From contig OZ220692.1 of NCBI GenBank assembly GCA_965116485.1, forward strand, positions 3,250,134-3,314,133: DNA of 64,000 nt, written 5' to 3'. Source of the DNA: Acidimicrobiales bacterium. GTDB taxonomy: Bacteria; Actinomycetota; Acidimicrobiia; Acidimicrobiales; Aldehydirespiratoraceae. Below are positions 20,303-30,423 of the stretch, piece after piece (the first letter of the stretch is position 1; the number at the start of each line of letters is the position of its first letter). Below the pieces are notes generated by a model. The model was not told where the DNA came from. It saw nothing but the letters and a program-made list of their open reading frames with translations, and did not search any database. The translations under genes and the position numbers were made by a program.

Positions 20303-21406
20303 CTAGTCGCCGGGCGGGGCAGCCGGAAGCAGGCGACCGTCGAGTGCTGCGCTGGCGAGCGCGACATCGGTCAGATGCTGGACGCGGGCGCCTGCTGCGA
20401 GGTCGGGGGAGGATGCCCGGCCGGCGATGATGTCATCGACCCAGCGCCGAGCCATCACATCGGTTGTGCGGAAGATGTCGCGATAGGTGTTGTGCACCGT
20501 GTCGAATCTCACGTGAGGCCATTGCCCGGCCAAATCGATCGCTCGGGCCGGGCCGGTGTCACCGCGCGCCAGCACCCGCACTTCCTGGGTCGTGTCCCAA
20601 TCACTGGTCGCGTAGATCGTGCCGCCGCTGCCGTGCGCATCGATGTGATGAGTCTGGCCAAAGGGCGTTCCTTCCCAGCTGGCGGCGCAGGCTTGCAGGG
20701 TTCCGAGCGCTCCGCTGGCGAAACGGACGCTGATGATGCAGGAGTCCTCGCCGCGCTCGTAGTCCGAGCCGTCGGGCCTCCGGTCCCGCTCAACGAACGC
20801 CGCGCCCATACAACCCAGCTCAGCGATCGGACCGAACAACCACTCGGCGTAATAGAGCCAATGAGAACCAAGATCACCGATGACTCCCGAACCGGCGATC
20901 TCCTTGTCGAAACGCCAACTGTACGACGGGTCGAACGCGAATTCGGTGAAGTATCTCAGGTTGAGATGGTGCGGTGTGCCCAGGAAGCCTGCGTCGATCA
21001 TGCGTTTGGCGGCTGCGAAGATGGGCATGTACTGGTAGGTGAACGGGACCATCGTGACCAGGCCGGTTTCAGCCGCTTCGGTCGCCATCAGGTCGGCTTC
21101 GGCGGCTGTCAGTGCCATCGGCTTCTCGCACAGCACGTGAAGTCCCCCGGCCAACGCCTGCCGTGTTATCGGCGCGTGGGTCTCGTTGCTGCTGGCGACG
21201 ATCACGGCGTCGATCTCTCCGCTCGTCACCAGCTCACGCCAGTCGGTGAATACCCGGCTGATCCCCCACTGCTTCGCTCGGGCCTGCGCCACCTCGGGGT
21301 TGCGACCGCAGATCGCCTCGACCCGACAACCGGGATGGCTCGCCAACGCAGGCAGGTACATCGAGTCGGTCCACCAGGATGTTCCGACGATTCCGACCCG
21401 GATCAC
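20303..21406 (-). CDS. Gfo/Idh/MocA family oxidoreductase
   Basis: 367 aa with MIRVGIVGTSWW and LCEKPMALT motifs. Confidence 0.85.
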   Translation of the reverse strand: MIRVGIVGTSWWTDSMYLPALASHPGCRVEAICGRNPEVAQARAKQWGISRVFTDWRELVTSGEIDAVIVASSNETHAPITRQALAGGLHVLCEKPMALTAAEADLMATEAAETGLVTMVPFTYQYMPIFAAAKRMIDAGFLGTPHHLNLRYFTEFAFDPSYSWRFDKEIAGSGVIGDLGSHWLYYAEWLFGPIAELGCMGAAFVERDRRPDGSDYERGEDSCIISVRFASGALGTLQACAASWEGTPFGQTHHIDAHGSGGTIYATSDWDTTQEVRVLARGDTGPARAIDLAGQWPHVRFDTVHNTYRDIFRTTDVMARRWVDDIIAGRASSPDLAAGARVQHLTDVALASAALDGRLLPAAPPGD

Positions 21407-21437
21407 CTGCCACCCTCACCTGTTCGCGGACCCATGT

Positions 21438-22310
21438 TCAGTAGGGCGAGACGTCGCGCCCGATCTGGACTGCGGCCTCGGCCTCGTCGAACAACTTCGG
21501 GTACGGATAGTCCATGGCCATGAGCTGACGCAGCATCGGCGTTGCACGTTCGACAACCTCATCGCTCACCCCGGACAGCTGATCTTCGAGGGGGGTGACG
21601 AACTTGGGCAGATATTCGATCAGGATGCCGGTGCGGTCCTGGTCCGATACGTTCGGCATCGCACAGTGCCAACACATGCCGTTGAAGATGACGCAGTCAC
21701 CCGGGTCGCCCTCCATTCGTGCGGCTTCGGCAAAGAAGCGCTCGCGGTCACCGGTTTCCGGGTAGATCAGCTCGCCTTGCGAATACGGCAGGAAGGCGGT
21801 GGCGCCGGTCTCGGGCGTGAAGGGGTCGAGCAGGACCGTTGCTTGGCAGTTGAGCGGATAGCTGGAGTTGATCTTCATCGGGAACGACGAGCGTTTGTAG
21901 AGGTCCCAATAGGGGTAGTCGATGTGGGGTTCCTGACCCGGACCGCCCGGCATCAGCCGGTTGGCCGCTACCGAACCCATGATGAACTCGTCGCCGAGGA
22001 ACGCTCCCACGATCTTCATCACCAGCGGGTGCTGCACCATCTGTTCAAACACTTCGCCCTTGTTCAACAGGTTCCAGACACGGCGCTGGAGGTTCACCTG
22101 ATCGCTGCTGGCCCCCAGGAAGTGGGTCTCCTTGTCGTCCTCTTCGGCTGTGTAGCGGTGGATCAAATCGCGGGCCTCTGAGATCATCTCAGCCGGAAAC
22201 GCCTGCTTGATGATGATCGCGCCAGAACCGCTGAGCATCTCTTCCAACAGATCGGGGAGTTGTTCTTCGATGCGGTCAGGATCAACGACCGCTATCGGGC
22301 TCGTCGACAC
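21438..22310 (-). CDS. Phytanoyl-CoA dioxygenase (PhyH) family Fe(II)/2-oxoglutarate oxygenase
   Basis: Start reassigned to GTG at 22310, preceded by AAGGAGA; the longer track ORF would overlap the lacI-type gene. Contains HIDYPYWD and a PhyH-like C-terminus. Confidence 0.7.
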   Translation of the reverse strand: MSTSPIAVVDPDRIEEQLPDLLEEMLSGSGAIIIKQAFPAEMISEARDLIHRYTAEEDDKETHFLGASSDQVNLQRRVWNLLNKGEVFEQMVQHPLVMKIVGAFLGDEFIMGSVAANRLMPGGPGQEPHIDYPYWDLYKRSSFPMKINSSYPLNCQATVLLDPFTPETGATAFLPYSQGELIYPETGDRERFFAEAARMEGDPGDCVIFNGMCWHCAMPNVSDQDRTGILIEYLPKFVTPLEDQLSGVSDEVVERATPMLRQLMAMDYPYPKLFDEAEAAVQIGRDVSPY

Positions 22311-22320
22311 GGTTCTCCTT

Positions 22321-23343
22321 TCATCGGGTCTCTTCGAGAGTTCGGCTCGACACCGGACCACTGGTGCTGCGACAGACGAGCGACGGAACCAGGAGATGGT
22401 GTACAGCTTCTTCACGACCTTCGTCGAGACGCTCGATCAGGTACCGCGCGGCGAGTCGGCCGAGCAGTTCGCAGGGTTGATCGACCGTCGTCAAGCTCAT
22501 TTGGTGCAACGCTGCCATCGCGGTGTTGTCGAACCCCACGAGCGACACATCCTCGGGGACGTTCAGACCTTCGAACTGGAGCCTGTTCAGCACCCCCGTT
22601 GCCATCAGGTCGTTCGCCGCAAAAATCGCTGAGGGCATCTCGCCGTCGGTCAAGAGCCTCTCGACCCCGACGGTTCCGGCCTGTTCGCTGTACTCCCCCG
22701 CAACGATGCGAACGTGCTCGGACAGTCCGCGTTGTTCCATTGCTGATTTGTAACCCTCGCGGCGTTTGCGCGCCCCGGCACCCGGACCACCGTCGATGTG
22801 AGCAATGCGACTGTGCCCGAGATCGATCAGATGGTCTACCACCAGCTTGGCCCCCAACTGGTCGTTGATGCTCACTGTGTCATAATTGTCCGAATCGGCG
22901 ACTCGCGCCGCGACGACCAGGTTGGTCTCGTCTGCGAGCCCCTCTAGTTCGGCTTCGGACAACTCGCTGCCCACGAGGATGACTCCGTCGGTACGGAACT
23001 CAAGAAAGGTGTCAACAGCAGCCTTTTCGCCGGCCAGGTTGCGTAGACCCGTGTTGATCACGATGCGATAACCGGCTTCGAGTGCCGCTTCGTGGATTCC
23101 ATCGGTCATCTCGGCGAAGAAGGGATTGTGCAGGTCGTTGAGCACCAACCCGATCGTCATTGTGCGGCGACTGGCCAAGTGATGGGCCATAAGGTTCCGC
23201 CGGTAGCCGAGCTCTTCCGCGGCTTCAAGAACCGCCGCGCGGGAATGCTCGCTCACCCTCGGTGAATTGCGCATCACCAGCGAGACGAGGGCCCGCGAGA
23301 CGCCTGCGCGGCTTGCGACATCTTCCATGGTCGGCTGAACCAA
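22321..23343 (-). CDS. LacI family transcriptional regulator
   Basis: 340 aa, TMEDVASRAGVSRALVSLVMRNSPRVSEHSRAAVLEAAEELGYRRN, plus a periplasmic-binding-fold C-terminus. Confidence 0.9.
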   Translation of the reverse strand: MVQPTMEDVASRAGVSRALVSLVMRNSPRVSEHSRAAVLEAAEELGYRRNLMAHHLASRRTMTIGLVLNDLHNPFFAEMTDGIHEAALEAGYRIVINTGLRNLAGEKAAVDTFLEFRTDGVILVGSELSEAELEGLADETNLVVAARVADSDNYDTVSINDQLGAKLVVDHLIDLGHSRIAHIDGGPGAGARKRREGYKSAMEQRGLSEHVRIVAGEYSEQAGTVGVERLLTDGEMPSAIFAANDLMATGVLNRLQFEGLNVPEDVSLVGFDNTAMAALHQMSLTTVDQPCELLGRLAARYLIERLDEGREEAVHHLLVPSLVCRSTSGPVSSRTLEETR

Positions 23344-23392
23344 AGCCCCGATCTCCTGTCACGCTTGACATCGACTGAAGAAAGGGTAATAG

Positions 23393-23425
23393 TTAGAGCG
23401 CTCTACAATCAATAGAGCGCTCTAA
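23393..23425. promoter_or_regulatory. Two copies of the perfect 12-bp palindrome TAGAGCGCTCTA (putative LacI-type operators) in the divergent intergenic region
   Basis: gTTAGAGCGCTCTAcaatcaaTAGAGCGCTCTAAc lies between the LacI-family gene (minus strand) and the iol operon (plus strand). Confidence 0.6.
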
Positions 23426-23460
23426 CAACTCTTGGGGAAGACGCGAGTGAGGCAACAGCG

Positions 23461-24360
23461 TTGATGACGACTGTATTGGAACGCACCGCCGCCGCGCCCA
23501 TCTCCTGGGGAGTGTGTGAAGTCCCTGGTTGGGGGATTCAACTTCCCGTAGAACGCGTGCTGCGCGAAATGTCCGAGGTGGGTCTGCGCGCCACCGAGTT
23601 GGGTTCGGTCGGCTATCTTCCGACGAACCCGGCCGAACTCACCCGAACGCTGCGCTCATTCGGGCTCGATCTCACCGGCGGGTTCAACTCGCTGGCACTC
23701 GCGGACGCCGACCGGCGGGAAGAGACCCTGCAACAAGTACACCAGAGCGCGCAACTGCTTGCCGACGCGGGTGCCACCGACTACGTGACCTGTGTTGTCA
23801 GTGATCCCCACGACTGGACCCGACCGGAACTGACAGACGCCCACTGGTCACACATCTTCTCCATGCTTGACGAAGTGGGAGGCGCGGTCGCAGGTTATGG
23901 GCTGACCCAGATGCTGCACCCGCACGTGGATTCCCTGATCGAAACCGCCCCGGAGGTTCAGCGGGTGCTCGACAATTCCGAAGTCCGCTGGGTTCTCGAC
24001 ACAGGACACCTCCTCATCGGCGGTTACGACCCGGTTGAGTTTGCGGAGAAGTACGCCGAACGAGTATCGCTGGTTCACCTCAAAGACCTCAGACTAGACA
24101 TTGCGGCCCAGCTGAACGCCGGGTCCTTGACCCTGATGCAAGCGGTCCAAGCCGGGCTGTTCGTTCCGCTCGGGCAGGGCGACGCTTCCATCGCAACCGT
24201 CGTGGGTGTGATGGAAGCACAGGGTTACGAGGGCTGGTACGTGATCGAACAAGACGTCGCCATCACCACCGGGGAACCCCCCGAGGGTGAAGGCCCAATT
24301 CGTGACGTTCAAAGGAGCGTCGCGTTCATCCGGAGCTTGGAAGCCGAGTTCGTCCCATAA
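23461..24360 (+). CDS. Sugar phosphate isomerase/epimerase (xylose-isomerase-like TIM barrel); probable inosose dehydratase (IolE-like)
   Basis: 299 aa with AAPISWGVCEVPGWG at the N-terminus. First gene of the iol-type operon. Confidence 0.65.
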   Translation: MMTTVLERTAAAPISWGVCEVPGWGIQLPVERVLREMSEVGLRATELGSVGYLPTNPAELTRTLRSFGLDLTGGFNSLALADADRREETLQQVHQSAQLLADAGATDYVTCVVSDPHDWTRPELTDAHWSHIFSMLDEVGGAVAGYGLTQMLHPHVDSLIETAPEVQRVLDNSEVRWVLDTGHLLIGGYDPVEFAEKYAERVSLVHLKDLRLDIAAQLNAGSLTLMQAVQAGLFVPLGQGDASIATVVGVMEAQGYEGWYVIEQDVAITTGEPPEGEGPIRDVQRSVAFIRSLEAEFVP

Positions 24361-24424
24361 ACGTATGAGACGAACGGTTCCGGCATCGGACACTTGCAAC
24401 CCCAAACAGGAGGGAATCCACAAC

Positions 24425-25411
24425 ATGAAGAAACTACGGTTTCTGTTAGCACTACTCGCGATCTTCTCGCTCTTCGCCGTTTCCTGCGGTGACGACGACA
24501 GCGCGGACGAGCCGGAACCAGCTGCCACACCCGACAGCGGGCTGATCTTCCACATGATCACGCACTCCGACGACGGGCCGTTCTGGTCAGTCGTCAAGCG
24601 CGGCGCTGAAGCCGCAGCCGCCGACGTCGGCGTGACGCTCGTCTGGAACCCGTCCAACAACGATCCCGGCGTTCAGGCCAGCGACATCGCTGCCGCCGTC
24701 GCGGCGAACTCCGACGGTATTGCCGCTTCGCTACCAAGTCCCGACCAGTTGATTCCGCCGCTGCAGGAGGCAGTCGCCGCCGGTATCCCCGTCTACACCC
24801 TGAACTCAGGTGTGAACGACTACCAGGCGATCGGTGCTACCAGCCACGTCGGTCAGACCGAGGTGATCGCCGGTAACGGCGCAGGCCTCCGCTTCAACGA
24901 CCTCGGCGCCACCAAGGTGCTGTGCGGTATCCAGGAGCAGGACAACGTTGCGCTCGGCGAGCGCTGCGACGGTCTCGCTGAGACCTTCAACGGCGAAGTC
25001 ATCCAGGGCTTCATGGACCTTGATGCCAACCAGGTAGCCCAGGAGGGCGCCATCAATGCGGCCCTCGCTGCCGACTCCGACATCGACGGCTTCCTCGGTG
25101 TTGGTCCGGTCATCGCCATGTCCGGTCTCAGTGCAGCCAACGCCCTCGGCAAGGACGTAGGAAACTCGTTCCATGTCGGCGGCTTCGACATTACGCCGGA
25201 CATCATCGATGCGATCGAAGCAGGCGAGGTTGCGTTCACCGTGGACCAGCAGCAGTACCTGCAGGGATACATCCCCGTCGTGTTGATGTACCTCGAGGCG
25301 ACCAACCAGAACACCCTCGGTGGTGGTCTCCCGATCCTCACCGGACCCGGCTTCGTGACCCCCGACAATGCCGCTGCCGTCAAGGCACTGGTAGCTGCCG
25401 GAACTCGATAG
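24425..25411 (+). CDS. Sugar ABC transporter substrate-binding lipoprotein
   Basis: Start moved to ATG at 24425: MKKLRFLLALLAIFSLFAVSCGDDD (lipobox). Periplasmic-binding-protein type I body. Confidence 0.85.
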   Translation: MKKLRFLLALLAIFSLFAVSCGDDDSADEPEPAATPDSGLIFHMITHSDDGPFWSVVKRGAEAAAADVGVTLVWNPSNNDPGVQASDIAAAVAANSDGIAASLPSPDQLIPPLQEAVAAGIPVYTLNSGVNDYQAIGATSHVGQTEVIAGNGAGLRFNDLGATKVLCGIQEQDNVALGERCDGLAETFNGEVIQGFMDLDANQVAQEGAINAALAADSDIDGFLGVGPVIAMSGLSAANALGKDVGNSFHVGGFDITPDIIDAIEAGEVAFTVDQQQYLQGYIPVVLMYLEATNQNTLGGGLPILTGPGFVTPDNAAAVKALVAAGTR

Positions 25412-25421
25412 TCAAGAACAG

Positions 25422-25500
25422 CTGACCAAGTTCGCTTGGTCAGCCAGCAATTACAGCTAATCGGAGTGGGGTTGCCACCCTCAGGGCCGGCAACCCCACT
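25422..25500 (+). terminator. Two strong hairpins downstream of the binding-protein gene (intra-operon attenuator or mRNA stabiliser)
   Basis: ctgaccaag-ttcg-cttggtcag (9-bp stem, 25422-25443) and agtggggttgcc...ggcaaccccact (12-bp stem, 25465-25500). There is no clear U-tract. Confidence 0.45.
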
Positions 25501-25619
25501 ATCCGACCTCCCACCTCACATTTGAGGCGATCCCTGCTCGGGCGACGCTGGAGCCCTACGGGGTTTGAGAATAGTGTCCGGCGATATGCGCCCAACGCTG
25601 GCGCACCGAAGGGGGAAAC

Positions 25620-27689
25620 ATGACAGACGTAGCGGCTAACCCAGACGCCGACGAAGGTCAGCCCGACGAACGCCTCGCATACCGGGGTGTCTTCACTCGG
25701 ATGCTGGTCAGGCCTGAGATCGGGGCTGTCATCGGCTCCGCTGCCATCTGGCTTTTCTTTTGGGCAGTTTCCGAACAGTTCGGCACCGCAGGTGGTCTGT
25801 CCGGAGTGCTCGACGTCTCAGCCACGCTCGGCATCATGGCCGTCGCTGTGGCTTTGTTGATGATCGGCGGGGAATTCGACCTTTCTTCGGGCGCAGCCAC
25901 CGGCGCTCTGGGCATCGTGACCATTCTGCTGGTCAAGGACATCGGCGAACTCGGCGGCGCAGGCTTGAGCCTCTTCATCGCCATACCTCTGTCGTTCGTG
26001 GTCGCAATGGCCCTCGGTTGGTACAACGGCACGGTCGTTGAGCGAACCGGTCTGCCGAGCTTCATTGTCACGCTGGCGACTTTCTTCGTGTTGCGCGGCT
26101 TCAAGCTCGGCTTCTCGAAACTCACCATCGACAACATTTCTGTGGGCCGCATCGACGACGGTCACGGTTTCGACTTCTGGCATCCGATCTTCGCTGGTGT
26201 CTGGGTCCGCAATGAACACGTCTGGGACACCCGCGATGTGGTCTACACCATCGGAATCCTGCTTGGTCTCGCCCTTTTCGTGCTCGCCATCTACGAGGGA
26301 AACTACCTGCGCAAAAAGGAGATGAACCCCGCCGGTCTGCTTATGTTCGCAGCCGGGGCTGCGGGCACTTGCTTCGGTGTGGTCCTGATGCACTTGACCG
26401 ACGGCGTTGCCAACGATGTCCTTTCAGGCGCAGTGATCGCGGCATCAATGATCCTCGGCTTCATCGGGGTCGCCCTGTGGCGCTATGAACCCATCGCCGG
26501 TCACAACTCGATCCATCTGGATTCGAGGGTTCTGGAACTCGCCGGAGGTGGGATCGTTGTGATCGTGATCGGTGTTGTCTGCGCTCTGGTAGTGGACGTG
26601 GACGGGCAACAGACCATCCTCGACCGGCTCCCGGTCGTTGTCGAATGGCTGATAACCGTCGCAGCCCTCGCGCTCACCAGCGCAATTGTCTGGCGTCGCA
26701 ACATTGACGGGGCTTCAGGCTCCGAGCAGCGAAAGGCTCTGTTCCAAGCCGGCCGGGCCGGCCTGGTCGGCGCCGTCTCCATCCTCGCTTTCATGTTCAT
26801 GACGACAGAGCAAGGTTTGCGGGCCATCCTGTTCGTCGGTATGGCGACAACCGGTCTGATCTTTCTGGCGATGGCGGCTCTGCGAGCCCGCAAGAGTTCA
26901 GCTCTGTCGGGCTCGTTGATCCTGGCGCTCAATTCACTGGTGATCGCCGCTCTGGCCCTGTTCATTCAGATTGAGTCAGGCCATCCGAAGTTCCGCACCG
27001 AGATATTCAGTGTGATGATGTTCGGCGCCGCGGTGGTCTTGGCTTGGGCGCTCGTCAGCAGCCGCTACCAACAGCGCAGAGCCGCTGACCATGACGCCGA
27101 CCGCTTGTCGAAACTCCTGTCGGCCGCGGGGCTCGTCGCAGTGCTCGTCGGTCTGATCTCTCGGCTGTTGTGGACCACAACCGCCGAAAACGACTCTGGA
27201 GTCGCTTTTGCCTCCTTCCGCATGAGCATCCTCTGGTTCATCGCTGTGACCGCGGTCGCAACCTTCGTTCTGGGACGGACCAAGTTCGGCAGCTGGATCT
27301 TCGCTGTGGGAGGCAACAAGGAAGCCGCACGCCAAGTGGGTGTTCCCGCAGCCAAGACCAAGACACAACTGTTCATGATCGTCTCCGGTGCAGCCTGGTT
27401 GGTCGGCCTGCTGCTGGCCTTCCGCTTGCAGACGCTTCAGTCCGGCACCGGCAACGGACTGGAGTTCGAGTACATCATCGCCGCTGTGGTGGGCGGGACG
27501 GCGCTGACCGGCGGTTACGGCTCCGTGCTCGGCGCCGCCATAGGCGCGTTCATCATGGCCATGTCGAAACAGGGCATCGGGTTGGCTCTGTGGAACTCCG
27601 ACTGGCGTTTCGCATTCCTGGGCATGATCCTCCTCGGAGCGGTCATGGCCAACAACTTCATCAAGGCGAAAGCAGAGGCGGTCCGATGA
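25620..27689 (+). CDS. Sugar ABC transporter permease (AraH/RbsC type) with a ~350-aa multi-TM central insertion
   Basis: 689 aa. The canonical N-terminal part (MIGGEFDLSSGA) and C-terminal part (FGSWIFAVGGNKEAARQVGV...GGTALTGGYGSVLGA) are separated by many extra hydrophobic helices. Confidence 0.8.
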   Translation: MTDVAANPDADEGQPDERLAYRGVFTRMLVRPEIGAVIGSAAIWLFFWAVSEQFGTAGGLSGVLDVSATLGIMAVAVALLMIGGEFDLSSGAATGALGIVTILLVKDIGELGGAGLSLFIAIPLSFVVAMALGWYNGTVVERTGLPSFIVTLATFFVLRGFKLGFSKLTIDNISVGRIDDGHGFDFWHPIFAGVWVRNEHVWDTRDVVYTIGILLGLALFVLAIYEGNYLRKKEMNPAGLLMFAAGAAGTCFGVVLMHLTDGVANDVLSGAVIAASMILGFIGVALWRYEPIAGHNSIHLDSRVLELAGGGIVVIVIGVVCALVVDVDGQQTILDRLPVVVEWLITVAALALTSAIVWRRNIDGASGSEQRKALFQAGRAGLVGAVSILAFMFMTTEQGLRAILFVGMATTGLIFLAMAALRARKSSALSGSLILALNSLVIAALALFIQIESGHPKFRTEIFSVMMFGAAVVLAWALVSSRYQQRRAADHDADRLSKLLSAAGLVAVLVGLISRLLWTTTAENDSGVAFASFRMSILWFIAVTAVATFVLGRTKFGSWIFAVGGNKEAARQVGVPAAKTKTQLFMIVSGAAWLVGLLLAFRLQTLQSGTGNGLEFEYIIAAVVGGTALTGGYGSVLGAAIGAFIMAMSKQGIGLALWNSDWRFAFLGMILLGAVMANNFIKAKAEAVR

Positions 27690-27723
27690 GCATCATTCCA
27701 GCTAGTGCAGAGGAGGCCAGCCG

Positions 27724-28512
27724 ATGAGCAACCTCATCGAACTCGACAATGTGGGCAAGTTCTACGGCAACATCATTGCCCTCAAAGGAGTCACCACCAC
27801 GGTGAACGCGGGCGAAGTCACCTGCGTGCTCGGCGACAACGGTGCAGGCAAGTCCACTCTGATCAAGATCCTTTCGGGGGTACACGATCACAGCGAGGGA
27901 ACCTACGTCTTCGAGGGCGAACAGTGCGCCTTCACATCGCCCCGCCAAGCCCTGGACCGTGGAATCGCCGCGGTCTACCAGGACCTGGCGATGGTGCCGT
28001 TGATGTCGGTCTGGCGGAACTTCTTCCTCGGCGCCGAACCCACGGTCGGTCGCTGGCCGATCCGTTGGGTCAACAAGGCCAAGGCCAAGTCCATCGCCAA
28101 AGAGGAGATGGCCAAGATGGGCATCGATATCCGTGACACCGAACAACCGGTGGGCACGCTGTCGGGTGGCGAACGCCAGTCGGTCGCCATTGCCCGCGCC
28201 GTGTATTTCGGGGCCAAGGTGCTGATTCTGGACGAGCCGACCTCGGCGTTGGGCGTCAAGCAGTCCGGGGTGGTGCTCCGATACATCGTCGAGGCGCGCA
28301 ATCGCGGTTTGGGAGTGATCTTCATCACCCACAACCCGAGCCACGCCTACCCCGTCGGGGATCGTTTCCTGATCCTCAACCGAGGTCACTCCATGGGGAA
28401 CTTCGCCAAGGAAGACATCTCCCTGTCCGAGTTGACGCAGCTCATGGCCGGTGGTGCCGAACTCGAACAGCTCCAACATGAGCTTGAACAAGCAGTGTCG
28501 GGTGGCGGCTGA
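27724..28512 (+). CDS. ABC transporter ATP-binding protein
   Basis: 262 aa with Walker [10 protein letters not shown], signature LSGGERQ and Walker [10 protein letters not shown]. Confidence 0.9.
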   Translation: MSNLIELDNVGKFYGNIIALKGVTTTVNAGEVTCVLGDNGAGKSTLIKILSGVHDHSEGTYVFEGEQCAFTSPRQALDRGIAAVYQDLAMVPLMSVWRNFFLGAEPTVGRWPIRWVNKAKAKSIAKEEMAKMGIDIRDTEQPVGTLSGGERQSVAIARAVYFGAKVLILDEPTSALGVKQSGVVLRYIVEARNRGLGVIFITHNPSHAYPVGDRFLILNRGHSMGNFAKEDISLSELTQLMAGGAELEQLQHELEQAVSGGG

Positions 28513-29491
28513 TCCCGCCCGTAGCCTTGAACTGCTCACCGTCGGACGAGTAAGTGTCGATATCTACGCGCAGCAGCTCGGTGTGTCGATGACCGAAGCA
28601 ACAACATTCCGCAAGTCCATCGGCGGGACGTCCACCAATGTGGCGGTCGCGGCGTCTCGTCTGGGACACCGCTGCGCAACGGTCACCCGCGTCGGAGACG
28701 ACGAGTTCGGTGCGTATGTCCGCCATGCCCTAGAGCACACCTTCGGAGTTGACACACGCTTTGTGGGAACCGATCCCGAACTGAAGACGCCGCTCGCTTT
28801 CGCTGAGCTCGACCCGCCCGAAGATCCCAACATCATCTTCTACCGCGAACCCCGGGCTCCGGATCAGAACCTGTCGCTCGACGATGTGGACCTTGATGTG
28901 GTGCGCGAGGTCCCGGTCTTCTGGGTTCCCGCTTCTCGCTTCGCCTGGGAACCGAGCCGGTCCGCGGTCGCCGCGATGCTGCGCGAGCGTCAGCGTCGGC
29001 CGCACACGGTTCTCGACCTCGACTGGCGGCCGATGTTCTGGGACTCCCCTACGGCGGCGAGCGAACAGATCGCGCCGATGCTCGATCTCTTCAGCATCGC
29101 CGTCGGCAACCGCGACGAGTGCGAGATCGCGGTCGGAACCCGCGAGCCCGACGAGGCCGCCGATCGCCTGCTGGAACGAGGACTCAGCGCCGCGATAGTC
29201 AAGCTGGGCGCAGACGGCGTGATGGTCGCTCTCGCCGACGGAACCCGCGAGACGATCGCGCCGTTTCCGGTCGAGGTCGTATGCGGCCTCGGATCAGGTG
29301 ACGCCTTCGGCGGGGCGTTCTGCCACGGGCTGCTCAACGGCTGGGATCTGATCTCCACTGTCGAGTACGGAAACGCTGCAGGTGCCATCGTCGCGAATCG
29401 GTTGATGTGCGCCGACGACATGCCGACGACGGCTGAGATCGACGATTTCCTCGCCTCCAGACTCTCAACCGAACGAAAGCAGGCGAGATGA
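28478..29491 (+). CDS. iolC: 5-dehydro-2-deoxygluconokinase (PfkB family)
   Basis: [17 protein letters not shown]...[15 protein letters not shown]...[12 protein letters not shown]. The start is uncertain (ATG at 28478 or GTG at 28502). Confidence 0.75.
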   Translation: MSLNKQCRVAADPARSLELLTVGRVSVDIYAQQLGVSMTEATTFRKSIGGTSTNVAVAASRLGHRCATVTRVGDDEFGAYVRHALEHTFGVDTRFVGTDPELKTPLAFAELDPPEDPNIIFYREPRAPDQNLSLDDVDLDVVREVPVFWVPASRFAWEPSRSAVAAMLRERQRRPHTVLDLDWRPMFWDSPTAASEQIAPMLDLFSIAVGNRDECEIAVGTREPDEAADRLLERGLSAAIVKLGADGVMVALADGTRETIAPFPVEVVCGLGSGDAFGGAFCHGLLNGWDLISTVEYGNAAGAIVANRLMCADDMPTTAEIDDFLASRLSTERKQAR

Positions 29492-30423
29492 GCGAGATGC
29501 CGCCGATCTATGTCGACCGGACAATGCCCCCCGGTTTCGAGGAGATGTTCACCAACAGAGCCATAGTGGTCGGGCCCGAAGTGTCAGCTCTCGCAACGGC
29601 GCAGGGGGTTGTCGCCGGCGGTTCGGTGTGGGACGGACCGCGCATGGACACCGCACCACTGCTCCAAGTCATCTCGCGGGCCGGGATCGGATTCGACGCC
29701 GTCGACCTTCGAGCAGCCACCGAACGCGGAGTCGTCGTCTGCAACGCACCCGAGTCACCGACTGTTTCCACCGCTGAGCACACGATGGCCCTGCTGCTGC
29801 ATGTCGCCAAGTCACTCAGCTCCAATCAGCGACGGCTGCGAGGCCACATCGGTGACTACTACGTCGACAACGAAGGCATCGAACTGGCAGGCCGAACCCT
29901 CGGAGTGGTCGGTTACGGACCCATCGGCCGCAGGGTCGTCAAAGCGGCGCGCGGACTCGACATGGAGGTTCTCGCCCATGATCCCTACCTCGACCCGAAC
30001 AACGAGGACGTCGAACTGGTCTCATTCAACGAACTGCTCGAACGCAGCGATGTTGTCAGTGCCCACTGTCCGCTGACCGACGAAACCCATGAGCTCTTCA
30101 ACCGCGACGCCTTCGCGAAGATGCGCCGCGGTTCGTTGTTCATCAACGCGGCGCGTGGAGGCGTCGTGGATCAGCCCGCCCTCGTAGCGGCCCTCGATTC
30201 GGGGCACATCGCCGGAGCGGGACTGGATGTGACCGTGCCCGAACCGCTCCCGACCGATCATCCCCTGCAGGGACGCGACAACGTGATGATCACCCCGCAC
30301 ATCGCTTCGGCGACCGAGGAGGGCCGTCGCCGGATGTACCAAGCGGCGCTCGACAACGCGATGACATGCCTCAACGGCAACCGCGTCGCCACGTGCGTGA
30401 ACCCGGAGGTTTACGAGATATGA
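29488..30423 (+). CDS. D-2-hydroxyacid dehydrogenase family protein
   Basis: 311 aa with GVVGYGPIGRRV and a catalytic-region motif (ITPHIAS). ATGA overlap with iolC. Confidence 0.85.
   Translation: MSEMPPIYVDRTMPPGFEEMFTNRAIVVGPEVSALATAQGVVAGGSVWDGPRMDTAPLLQVISRAGIGFDAVDLRAATERGVVVCNAPESPTVSTAEHTMALLLHVAKSLSSNQRRLRGHIGDYYVDNEGIELAGRTLGVVGYGPIGRRVVKAARGLDMEVLAHDPYLDPNNEDVELVSFNELLERSDVVSAHCPLTDETHELFNRDAFAKMRRGSLFINAARGGVVDQPALVAALDSGHIAGAGLDVTVPEPLPTDHPLQGRDNVMITPHIASATEEGRRRMYQAALDNAMTCLNGNRVATCVNPEVYEI

Noticed and set aside
19541-21523. 660-aa plus-strand ORF, the longest in this region.
   Set aside because: It is antisense to the xylA remnant and the Gfo/Idh/MocA gene, both of which have clear family motifs. 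It has no recognisable domain and is a GC-driven shadow ORF.
27661-28539. 292-aa minus-strand ORF; likewise 31444..32406 (-), 320 aa.
   Set aside because: They are antisense to the ABC ATPase (Walker motifs present) and to iolD respectively, and have no motifs of their own.
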